64,000 bases of DNA, taken from IMG/VR virus record IMGVR_UViG_3300028840_006156; one strand, written 5' to 3'. The position numbers were made by a program, and so were the translations under genes. This DNA comes from a virus. The notes below the pieces were generated by a model. It ran no database searches. It saw only the letters and a list, made by a program, of their open reading frames with translations, and was not told the DNA's origin. The stretch's first letter is position 1. Each line of letters starts with the position of its first letter. Shown here one piece after another: positions 52,687 to 60,665 of the stretch.

Positions 52687-52928
52687 GTGTTCGAGCTCGC
52701 GTACGGCAGGCTGGCGTGAGCACCGATCGCCCCGGCGCGAGTCGTCACGAGGAGCCATCGTCCGTCAGCCATGGACACGCCGCCCGCGTTGCGACCGTGA
52801 CCGCAGCATGAGTCCCTGGTGCGGATCCCGGCGGCGTTCAGGGCGATCACGATGTCAGCGATGCACTCGTCGACCTCGACCGGCTTGCCGTCGATCTCAA
52901 CCGTGCGTGTTGTCCCGTGCTCGCACAT
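52683..52928 (-). CDS. phage protein of the VDECIADIV.ALN..GI.T..SCCGHG family
   Basis: Recognisable motif; TGATG coupling. Confidence 0.65.
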   Translation of the reverse strand: MCEHGTTRTVEIDGKPVEVDECIADIVIALNAAGIRTRDSCCGHGRNAGGVSMADGRWLLVTTRAGAIGAHASLPYASSNT

Positions 52929-53755
52929 CAGGCGGAGCTGCCGATCGTCAAAGTCCGGTCCACGCGGATCCGGTGGTAGGCCGGGTCGCCGCCGCAACTT
53001 GGCGTCAGCCTGGTCACGATCACGTGCGACGGCTTCCTCGACAGGAGCTCAACGACCTCGTGCCACTCGAGGTCCCTGCGCGTGCGTTGGTTGTCGCCGC
53101 TCGCCCATGTCTTCTCGAAGAGAAGGCGCTGCTCGCCGTCGATCACGAAGCCCTCGATCAACTCGCCGTGGACAAGGCAGTCCTTGCCGATCAACGAGTC
53201 TGGGCACCACGACTCTGCGGGCTCGGCCTTCACGGACGCCCACTCGTCGGCGTGCTTGTCGAGCCCGAGGACCCAGCCAGATCGGTACTTCGACCTGGTC
53301 AGCGAGAGCAAGTCGCCGCGAGCGCCGTCGGGCCGAAGCGCGCGCGCTGGGAGTACGATCCGGCCGTCGTTGCACCACAGGATCTCGCTCGCGCCGTTGT
53401 GGCAGTGGATCGCCTGCACGCTAGCCATGCCGTCCTCGTGGACGGTCTCGGTCCGGTGCTCGCCGAGCCAGCGGACCGTGGCCCGCCCGTCCTCGCGCTC
53501 CCAACCGTAGGCCACGAGGCCGGTCCCGCTGACGCCGGTCGGGTCCTCGTGGCGCCAGATGACGAAGCGCCGGCTCGGCGCGTCTGGCTCGAGGACTGCC
53601 CCGGTCACGGTGTCGCGCTGCGGGTAGAACTTTGTCTCGCCGCCGTCCTTGAAGTAGAGGATCCAGGCGCGGTCGCTCGGCTCGATCCAACCGGCCCAGC
53701 CGTCGACGTTCGCAGGGTTCTTGTATCGCTCGATCTTGATCTTCGTGGGGGCCAT
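52928..53755 (-). CDS. three-domain accessory protein
   Basis: Central RRFVIWRHEDPTGVSGTGLVAYG...DG...RW...HCHNG phage domain; GAGGAGG SD. Confidence 0.65.
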   Translation of the reverse strand: MAPTKIKIERYKNPANVDGWAGWIEPSDRAWILYFKDGGETKFYPQRDTVTGAVLEPDAPSRRFVIWRHEDPTGVSGTGLVAYGWEREDGRATVRWLGEHRTETVHEDGMASVQAIHCHNGASEILWCNDGRIVLPARALRPDGARGDLLSLTRSKYRSGWVLGLDKHADEWASVKAEPAESWCPDSLIGKDCLVHGELIEGFVIDGEQRLLFEKTWASGDNQRTRRDLEWHEVVELLSRKPSHVIVTRLTPSCGGDPAYHRIRVDRTLTIGSSA

Positions 53756-53870
53756 CTGCCTCCTCGCTTTCCGCGGCCATCCGCCGCACTTCAATGGTGA
53801 CCTGCTCGGGCGAAACGATCACCTGCCAGACCGTGACGACGGTCACGACCTCCCGTGATAGCCTCGCCCC

Positions 53871-55925
53871 GTGCCCGAGGAGCAGACGAACACCAGCCTG
53901 AACCGGCTGCGCGTGCTTCACCTCGAAGACACGCCCCGCGCGAAGCTCCTCAAGCAGCGGTGGCTCTACTACACCTGCCAGCAAAACGACGGCATGGCCG
54001 TCGACTTCGACGGGTACGAGCACACGCCGGGCTTGAGCTACCTCGGCCAGCGCATGCGCGGGGTCGGATTCGTCCCGGCCAACAACGCGTCGATCCCCTT
54101 CGGCCAGAAGCGGCCGATCTGCCACAGCCTCAGCGTCGGGCATATCGTCGACACCTACACGGCGCTGCTGCTCGGCGAGGGCCGCCAGCCGGCTGTCCGC
54201 GTCGTCGGTGACCCGGCCTCGACCGAGTTGCTCGGCGCCCTGCTCAAGTACTGCGGGGCCTGGTCCGCCTTCGCCGAGGCTCGCAAGATCGGCGGAGCGA
54301 CGGGGGCGTCCGCGGTCCTCCCGGAGATCTGCAAAGGCAAGATGTCCCTGCGTGCGCTCCGGCCGGAGAACCTCTACGTCGAGTGGTCCGACGAGGCCGA
54401 CTGGATCCCGACGCTCGTGATCGAGCAGAAGCGGGTCCGGGTCGAGAAGCTCGACGAGGCCACCGGCCGCGTCGCCACCGTCGAGGTCTGGCGCACTCGA
54501 GCATGGGACGAGACCTATGCCTACGCCATCCACGACAAGGTCATTCAGTCCGACGACGGCAAGGCCGAGACCGAGGGCGTCGAGACCCCAGACGACCGGA
54601 TCGAGCTCAGCGAGCAACCCACGCCCCACGGCGCGGGCCGCTGCCCGGTCGTCTGGATCCAGAACACGACCGACAGCGACAACCCGGTCGGCGAGCCCGA
54701 CTGCGAGGCCGTCTTCGAGGCCGTCGACCAACTCGACCGGTCCCAGTCGATGCTCGTCCGAGGGTCGCGCGCCAACACGGACCCGACGCTGCTGGTGAAG
54801 GACAAGCCGATGATGCTTCGGCGCTGGCCGAACAACCGCAAGGGCTACGGGGCGAAGCTCGAGGTCAGCGAGGTCGGCGACGCGAAGCTCCTCGAGATCT
54901 CGGGCAACTCGATCAAGACGGCGTGGGAGACCGTCGTCGCGATCGGTCGGCAGATCGAGCGACGCACCGGCGTGATCCAGCCAGACCCCGAGAACTCGGG
55001 TGCCTACCAGTCCGGCGTCGCGCTGCAGCTGCTGTGGAACACGCAGCACTCGCGCGCGGCGGAGCGACGCACCCCGCTCGGGGTCGGCCTCAAGCAGGCG
55101 TTCGCGGTCATGCTCACCCAGCTTCGCCTGTTCGGCCTGCGCGAGATCGGGTCCAACGGCGAGGGCGTCGAGGTGCCGCCGCGCGAGGTCCGGGCCGAGG
55201 AGAGCGACGACATGACGCTCGAGCCTCACGAGATCGGGCCCGGTGGCGCGCTCGTCCTCGACTGGCCGGGCTTCCACCAGGCGACGCCACAGGACCTCCA
55301 GACGACCGCGACAGCCCTGAGCACCGCGACGGGCGGCCTGCCGTCGATGAGCCAGGAGACCGCGGTCGCCCACATGACCAAGCTCGCCCAGACCGACACG
55401 GACGTCGCCGAGGAGATGGACCGGATCAGCGGCGAGCGCGACGCCAAGGAGGCCGGCTTCTTCGAGGCCATGCGGCCGGACGTCGACACGGATGCGGAGC
55501 TCGCGGATCTCGAAGGCCAGGCAGGCGAGGCCCCTCAGACCGAAGGCACGGAACAAGTGCAGCACGAAGCCATGAACGGGATCCAGGTGAAGACCTTCGG
55601 CGATGTCCTCGCCCGAGTCGGCAAGGATCTGACTCCCGAGGCCGCCCGCCTCACGATCAACGAGGGATTCCCGAACACGCGCGAGCCCGCGCGAGCCGCC
55701 GAACTCGAGCGCGCGATCGATGCCCAACTCGAAGAGGCTGCGCAAGACGAAAAGAAGGGCGAGACGATCTCCAGCGGTCAGCGGTTCGACGCCCTGGGCC
55801 GACCGATCACGCGCGGAAGCTCGAAGTCAAAGGACGTGCCCGAGTCACGCGAGCGCGAGGAGACCGGCGAGCAAGGCGAGGGCGAGCCCGAGCAGGACCT
55901 CGACGACGAGCAGCTGGATCCGTAG
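53871..55925 (+). CDS. portal protein with acidic C-terminal extension
   Basis: SPP1 gp6-like features (CPVVWIQN...GEPDCE, SGVALQLLW); follows TerL; TAGCCT-N6-GTG. Confidence 0.88.
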   Translation: MPEEQTNTSLNRLRVLHLEDTPRAKLLKQRWLYYTCQQNDGMAVDFDGYEHTPGLSYLGQRMRGVGFVPANNASIPFGQKRPICHSLSVGHIVDTYTALLLGEGRQPAVRVVGDPASTELLGALLKYCGAWSAFAEARKIGGATGASAVLPEICKGKMSLRALRPENLYVEWSDEADWIPTLVIEQKRVRVEKLDEATGRVATVEVWRTRAWDETYAYAIHDKVIQSDDGKAETEGVETPDDRIELSEQPTPHGAGRCPVVWIQNTTDSDNPVGEPDCEAVFEAVDQLDRSQSMLVRGSRANTDPTLLVKDKPMMLRRWPNNRKGYGAKLEVSEVGDAKLLEISGNSIKTAWETVVAIGRQIERRTGVIQPDPENSGAYQSGVALQLLWNTQHSRAAERRTPLGVGLKQAFAVMLTQLRLFGLREIGSNGEGVEVPPREVRAEESDDMTLEPHEIGPGGALVLDWPGFHQATPQDLQTTATALSTATGGLPSMSQETAVAHMTKLAQTDTDVAEEMDRISGERDAKEAGFFEAMRPDVDTDAELADLEGQAGEAPQTEGTEQVQHEAMNGIQVKTFGDVLARVGKDLTPEAARLTINEGFPNTREPARAAELERAIDAQLEEAAQDEKKGETISSGQRFDALGRPITRGSSKSKDVPESREREETGEQGEGEPEQDLDDEQLDP

Positions 55926-56049
55926 GCTGCGCGTCCGCGACTCGGTGACCGCGAGAGCGGCGATGACGGACGCTTCGATCATGCCGCGTGAGCTCATGAC
56001 GCCTCGCAGTCCTCGCGGAAGTTGTCGAGCGACTGCGCGAGCGACTTGA

Positions 56050-56214
56050 TCGCCACGATCCACTCCCGGGGCCCCATGGGCTTGTTGGCCGTGGTCGATC
56101 TGGCAGTGGTCCGGCGGGGGCGAGTACGCCTACGCGTGGCCGGGGCTGCCGTCGCCGATCGACCGCAACCGCTACCGCGGGTCGGTGGCCGAGTTCGCCG
56201 GGCTGCTGGGCTAG
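56050..56214 (+). pseudogene. C-terminal remnant of a GH25 muramidase
   Basis: Manual translation PWACWPWSIWQWSGGGEYAYAWPGLPSPIDRNRYRGSVAEFAGLLG*, no in-frame ATG; upstream stop at 56047. Confidence 0.65.
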
Positions 56215-57026
56215 ACCGGGACGATGTCGCAGCGAAAGCCGGCCGCGTGCTCGTGTCCGCCACCGCCAAACTCGCGGGCGATCTCAGAGACGTCGGGCCC
56301 ATCGTCGCGAGACCGGAGCGAGCAGTAGAAGTCACCGGCCTCGCCATCCCACGACCATCCAAGGACCGGCAGGTGTGGCTCGCGCTTCTTCAGAACCTCA
56401 GCAGTCTCACTGACGAACTCGACCGGGACGTTGACTGCCCACACGCGATGGCCGCCCAGGCTGACGACCTTGGCGCGGGTGGCAAACTTACTCGCGCAAA
56501 GCTGCGTGAACCGAAGGACGGCCTGACCCTCGGCGGCAAGTTCGAGGACTGGTCGAGACGCCAAGTACTGCCAGCACTCAAACATCATCGGCATCGCGGT
56601 CATGGCCGCGTGCACCGCCTTCGTGTGCTCCAGCTTGAACCGCCACAGATCGCGGTCCTCGACGTGGCTGACGATCGGCGGCCGGGGCTGCCCAGGGTAG
56701 ATCGTGTCCCACGTGAGGCCCGCGCCCGATCGATCCATGTCGAATACGGCGAAGTCTAGGCCAGCAAGATCTTCCGCAGCGGTCTTGTGATGGTCGAGTA
56801 CGAGCAGCGAAGCCGCCGACTCGTTCATGGCGATGAGCACGTCTCGCGGGTAGCTGAAGTCGCAGATCAGAACGCGCGCTCCGTCCACGTCGGGCGGCAC
56901 GTCTCCGTACTTCGCGGGGACAAACCGCGCGTCCGGGCTGTCCATCTTGGCTACCCACGCGGCCGTGAACCCGTCGTAGCAGTTGGCGTGATAGATGACG
57001 ACGTCGAAGGCGCGCGGGATCTCCAT
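56211..57026 (-). CDS. DHH/DHHA1 phosphoesterase (NrnB-like)
   Basis: YHANCYDG, ICDFS, LDHH, EDRDLW, YCSLRS, GGGGHEHAAG. Confidence 0.9.
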   Translation of the reverse strand: MEIPRAFDVVIYHANCYDGFTAAWVAKMDSPDARFVPAKYGDVPPDVDGARVLICDFSYPRDVLIAMNESAASLLVLDHHKTAAEDLAGLDFAVFDMDRSGAGLTWDTIYPGQPRPPIVSHVEDRDLWRFKLEHTKAVHAAMTAMPMMFECWQYLASRPVLELAAEGQAVLRFTQLCASKFATRAKVVSLGGHRVWAVNVPVEFVSETAEVLKKREPHLPVLGWSWDGEAGDFYCSLRSRDDGPDVSEIAREFGGGGHEHAAGFRCDIVPV

Positions 57027-57034
57027 GCCCACGA

Positions 57035-57062
57035 CTACCGCCGAGCCCCGCGTACACTTCCC
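57035..57062 (-). promoter_or_regulatory. GGGAAG-N17-GGTAG motif overlapping TACACT of gene 57065
   Basis: 28-bp inverted copy of 16830-16857. Confidence 0.8.
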
Positions 57063-57064
57063 GG

Positions 57065-57949
57065 GTGACCGCCGACCTCGCCGCCGACTTGGCGATCGCC
57101 CAGCGAGCCCGCTACGACAAGCTGTGGGCGACACTCGAGCGACGCGAGCGAAAGCTCGTCGACGAGGCGCTCGCGGAGATCGAGCAGAATCTCAAGCGCG
57201 CGCGGCCGGGCAGCTGGTCAGCGGCCTCATCTGCGTCGACCCTGGTCCAGCTCGCGCAGGCGGTGCGTGGGCTGTCGAGCGCCCAGCTGACCCTGCTTCG
57301 GCGCGCCCTCCCGGGCGTCGCCAAGAAGGCGCAGGCCGACGCAGCTGCGTGGCTCCGCGAGCTCGACGCGAGCTTCCTCGGTGCAGCCCGGCCGCTTCGC
57401 TTCGACTCGCTCGAGTGGCTGCGGGGCTACAGCCGTCCGCTGCTCCGGTCTCGCCTCCGCGTCTATGAGCAGTCCTTCGCCCGCTACGGGGCCAAGACGG
57501 TGAGCGCGATCGAGGACGCGATCGCCAAGAACATGATCATCGGCACGCCGTGGGCCGAGGCGCGCGAGGAGGTCTACGACCTCGTGCGCGAGCAGGTCGG
57601 CGGCAAGCAGTGGATGGTGGACCGGATCGTCAGGACCGAGGTCAGCGCGGTGCACAACGCCACGACGATGGCCGCGCTACTCGAAGAAGACGCGGCCGAC
57701 GACCCGATGCTGAAGAAGCTCGTCGCGACCTTCGACCCGGTGACCGGCCAGGACTCGCGGCTTCTTCACGGCCAGACCCGGCGGCTCGACGAGTTGTTCA
57801 CCGACGTCACGACCGGCCGCAAGTTCGACGCGCCGCCCAACCGGCCCAACGACCGCGAGATCGTCGTCGGCTGGCGGCGCAGCTGGGGCGATGACCGGGG
57901 GTTCGACCGGGACACGGCCGAGGAGCACGAAGCCGCGTCGAGTGGCTAG
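57065..57949 (+). CDS. minor head morphogenesis protein (Mu gpF/SPP1 gp7-like)
   Basis: DRIVRTEVSAVHN...KKLVATFD..T...HGQ...PPNRPNDR. Confidence 0.85.
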   Translation: MTADLAADLAIAQRARYDKLWATLERRERKLVDEALAEIEQNLKRARPGSWSAASSASTLVQLAQAVRGLSSAQLTLLRRALPGVAKKAQADAAAWLRELDASFLGAARPLRFDSLEWLRGYSRPLLRSRLRVYEQSFARYGAKTVSAIEDAIAKNMIIGTPWAEAREEVYDLVREQVGGKQWMVDRIVRTEVSAVHNATTMAALLEEDAADDPMLKKLVATFDPVTGQDSRLLHGQTRRLDELFTDVTTGRKFDAPPNRPNDREIVVGWRRSWGDDRGFDRDTAEEHEAASSG

Positions 57950-58113
57950 GGCTCGCAGTCGCAGACGGTGACCGCGTCGCGCGCAAAGCAAAGCGGGCGA
58001 TCGGCGATGACCACGTACGCTGCCACGAGCGCGGCGACCAGCGCGATCCCGAGGCATGCACCCGTGGCGATATGTACGCGCCTCGCCATCCTGAGCATCT
58101 CGTCGGAGATCAT
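57946..58113 (-). CDS. single-TM protein with Cys-rich C-terminus
   Basis: TM then CFARDAVTVCDCEP. Confidence 0.55.
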   Translation of the reverse strand: MISDEMLRMARRVHIATGACLGIALVAALVAAYVVIADRPLCFARDAVTVCDCEP

Positions 58114-58322
58114 TCGCCCGCTCCAAGCTCGCGGATCGAGTCCCCGTCCGCGCACCAGCACGCGCCCTCGTCGAGGTAGCAGTCGCGCTCGAACTCGGCG
58201 GCCGCGGCCTGGCAGACGTCGTTGGCGCGCGCGTTGATGTTGAACACGGCGAAGAACGCCGCCAGCGCGAAGCCCAAGCCGAAGCCGACACCAAACACGA
58301 GCCAGCCCTCTCCGTTGCTCAC
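58110..58322 (-). CDS. single-TM protein with Cys-rich C-terminus
   Basis: TM then CQ...CY...CWC. Confidence 0.55.
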   Translation of the reverse strand: MSNGEGWLVFGVGFGLGFALAAFFAVFNINARANDVCQAAAAEFERDCYLDEGACWCADGDSIRELGAGE

Positions 58323-59281
58323 GACGACCGCTTCCGATAGACGCCCGCGTAGGGCCCTCGAGCCACGACGATCGTCCCGAGGTGACCAAAGTGGCGCACG
58401 AACTCGCGCACGGTGATCGGGTGATCGGCCGGCTTCCTCGGCGGCGTCCCGAACTCCTTGATCCACGAGTGGGCGAAGCGCTCCGAGACCTCGCGCTCGT
58501 CCTGCTCGTCGCCGAGGTCGCTGAGCACCCACCGGCCGTCGGCGGTCTGGTCGAGGAACGACTGGCCGAGGGCAACCGGGAGCACGGGCCCGCCGTAGTC
58601 GCGCGGGTCAGCCCAGAAGGCGATCATGGTGTCGAAGGGCGCGCCCTGCCACGGCGTAACGTCGTCCTCGTGGCAGCTCGCCAGCGACTTGAGCTCGGGG
58701 CCGACGGCCCAGTTCTCGCCGATGCAGCGAAACGGAGGAGGCAACTCCTCCTCGTCGGCCGCGTAGAACCACGCTCGGAGGTAGCGCTCGCGCGCCGCCT
58801 CGCGCTTGCCTTCGGGCAGGTCGAGGAACTCGGACTCAGGCAGTTGGCGGATCGGGATCGGCCGCCAAAAGACGAAGCGCTTGTCCGCGATCAGCCACGC
58901 GTCGGCGCTGCCGAAGATGTACTCGTGCGCCCAGGAACTCCCGCGGAAGGGCGTGACCGAGATCCCCGGCATGCCCCGGCCGCGACCGAGTTCGTGCGCC
59001 CGACGAGTGAACGCCTTGATCTTCGTGCCGTAGGGGTGATTCGAGAACCAGCAGTCGGCGACTGAGGCGTCGACTGTGAGGCCGTCACCGCCGTCGGGCG
59101 TGCCGTCGCAGGTGAAGTCCGCGCGCACGAGGCCAGCGTTGATCGCCGCGGCGTTGGTGGCGAGGTCGATCAGGGTCCGGCCGGACCCCTTCGGCACGAG
59201 CAGGCGCCGCATGGGTCGCGTGATCTCGGTCGGGGTCAGGTAGTGCTCGTTGTTCGAGCTGAGGCAGGCTTGGATCTTCAT
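58319..59281 (-). CDS. phage N6-adenine DNA methyltransferase-like protein
   Basis: SNNEHYLTP, DLA, DGL...WFSNHPY (NPPY variant), KRFVF. Confidence 0.75.
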   Translation of the reverse strand: MKIQACLSSNNEHYLTPTEITRPMRRLLVPKGSGRTLIDLATNAAAINAGLVRADFTCDGTPDGGDGLTVDASVADCWFSNHPYGTKIKAFTRRAHELGRGRGMPGISVTPFRGSSWAHEYIFGSADAWLIADKRFVFWRPIPIRQLPESEFLDLPEGKREAARERYLRAWFYAADEEELPPPFRCIGENWAVGPELKSLASCHEDDVTPWQGAPFDTMIAFWADPRDYGGPVLPVALGQSFLDQTADGRWVLSDLGDEQDEREVSERFAHSWIKEFGTPPRKPADHPITVREFVRHFGHLGTIVVARGPYAGVYRKRSS

Positions 59282-59718
59282 GGCGCCTTGGCCTCCAACG
59301 CGAGCACGTGAAGCAGTCCGACGTCCTCGATCGGCCAGTGCTCGCTCAGGTCCTCGCGCTCCCAGGGGTCGAACCCGTTGGCGTATGACCAGCCCCATCC
59401 GAGCTCGTGGTCGTATGTCACTCCGTCGGGGGCCTCGCGCCCCCACGCCTTCCGCACCAGTCCGAGCAGCGAGCCGTTGGCCTCGTCGCTGCCCCAGCCG
59501 AAGACGGTGAGCGCGAGTTCGAGGCGCGAGCCGTCGAGGCCGAGCCGGTCGATCGCTGCGCGGGCGCGTGCGTGCAGCGGGTCGACATCCTCGGGTGGCT
59601 TCAAGAGGTCGATGGCCGCCTGTAGTGCGTCGGCGACGTCCGGATCTGGATGCGGGCCGAACATCGCGTCAGCGTGCGCGCATCGCAAGGCGGTTAGGTC
59701 GGGTGGCCTGATGGTCAT
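59278..59718 (-). CDS. hypothetical protein
   Basis: ATG 7 nt after motif. Confidence 0.6.
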   Translation of the reverse strand: MTIRPPDLTALRCAHADAMFGPHPDPDVADALQAAIDLLKPPEDVDPLHARARAAIDRLGLDGSRLELALTVFGWGSDEANGSLLGLVRKAWGREAPDGVTYDHELGWGWSYANGFDPWEREDLSEHWPIEDVGLLHVLALEAKAP

Positions 59719-59725
59719 GCCCGGA

Positions 59726-59781
59726 CTACCGCGCACCCGTCCGGGTGCTTCCCGGGAAGCGATCCCGCCCGCGGCGGGTAG
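59726..59781. promoter_or_regulatory. divergent pair of GGGAAG-N17-GGTAG motifs sharing palindrome GCTTCCCGGGAAGC
   Basis: Minus 59726-59753 to ATG 59718; plus 59754-59781 to ATG 59789. Confidence 0.85.
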
Positions 59782-59788
59782 GTCGAGC

Positions 59789-60070
59789 ATGGCGAAGAAA
59801 CAGTCCCGAAGGTCGATCAGTGTGAGGGGGTCGACGTACGCTCGACTCAAGGCGCTCGCCGAGAAGCGCAACGCCCTGATCGAGAACCAGCCCGACGACG
59901 CACCGCGTCCCGAGAACTACGACAGGTGGTCGTGCTCGAACATCGTCGAGCAGCTGATCGTCGAGGCGTGCGAGGTAGGTGGTGTGGTCGCGGTCGAGGC
60001 GCCACAGAAGGTCTACCCGCGGCGCTCGGTCGAGGAGTGCGCGGGGCACGGCGGGCACTTCACCTTTTGA
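59789..60070 (+). CDS. ribbon-helix-helix-like DNA-binding protein
   Basis: RRSISVRGSTYARLKALA...SNIVEQLI. Confidence 0.6.
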   Translation: MAKKQSRRSISVRGSTYARLKALAEKRNALIENQPDDAPRPENYDRWSCSNIVEQLIVEACEVGGVVAVEAPQKVYPRRSVEECAGHGGHFTF

Positions 60071-60077
60071 GGTCGAC

Positions 60078-60374
60078 ATGGCGAAGCGAAAGCGACCGAT
60101 CACATACAAGCACGCCGATCTGATCGACGCCGACCTCGACGGGTGCCTCAGGCTCGCGCGGATGGCTTGGGGGCAGCTGTCCGTGGCGATGAGGCGAGCG
60201 CTCAGCGAGGCAAGGTGCACGACGCCGACTGACGCACGGGTGTCGTCGATGACGCGCTCGGGCACCGTTCGGGCTCTCCAGCGACGAGGCCTGCTCGAGC
60301 ACGAGGGGCTCCATCTGACCCGGCTCGGCCTGCTCGTCAGCGAAGCAGGTCTGGCTCCGAGGGTCGAGGCATGA
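60078..60374 (+). CDS. hypothetical protein, winged-helix-like C-terminus
   Basis: TVRALQRRGLL...LTRLG. Confidence 0.5.
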   Translation: MAKRKRPITYKHADLIDADLDGCLRLARMAWGQLSVAMRRALSEARCTTPTDARVSSMTRSGTVRALQRRGLLEHEGLHLTRLGLLVSEAGLAPRVEA

Positions 60375-60625
60375 AGCGCCGAAACCGAGCCGCATCGAGG
60401 GAGCGCAGGCGTGATCGGATCGCTCAGGAGCAGGCCGACGCCGAGGTCCGCGAGGAGTGGCTCAACTCGGTCGTCGGCAGCCCCGACCTGCTGGCGATCG
60501 TCGCCGGCGACACGATCGAGGGGAAGGCCTACCGCCAGCGGATCCTGCTCGACGACCAGGTGCCAGACGGCGTCACGCACACGATGCTCAAGGCCGCCGC
60601 GAAGCGGGCGCTGGGGCGGTCGTGA
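60371..60625 (+). CDS. hypothetical protein
   Basis: ATGA coupling. Confidence 0.5.
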   Translation: MKRRNRAASRERRRDRIAQEQADAEVREEWLNSVVGSPDLLAIVAGDTIEGKAYRQRILLDDQVPDGVTHTMLKAAAKRALGRS

Positions 60626-60665
60626 GCTTTTCGAAGTGGTCGAGGCCGACTGATACCCTGACCGC

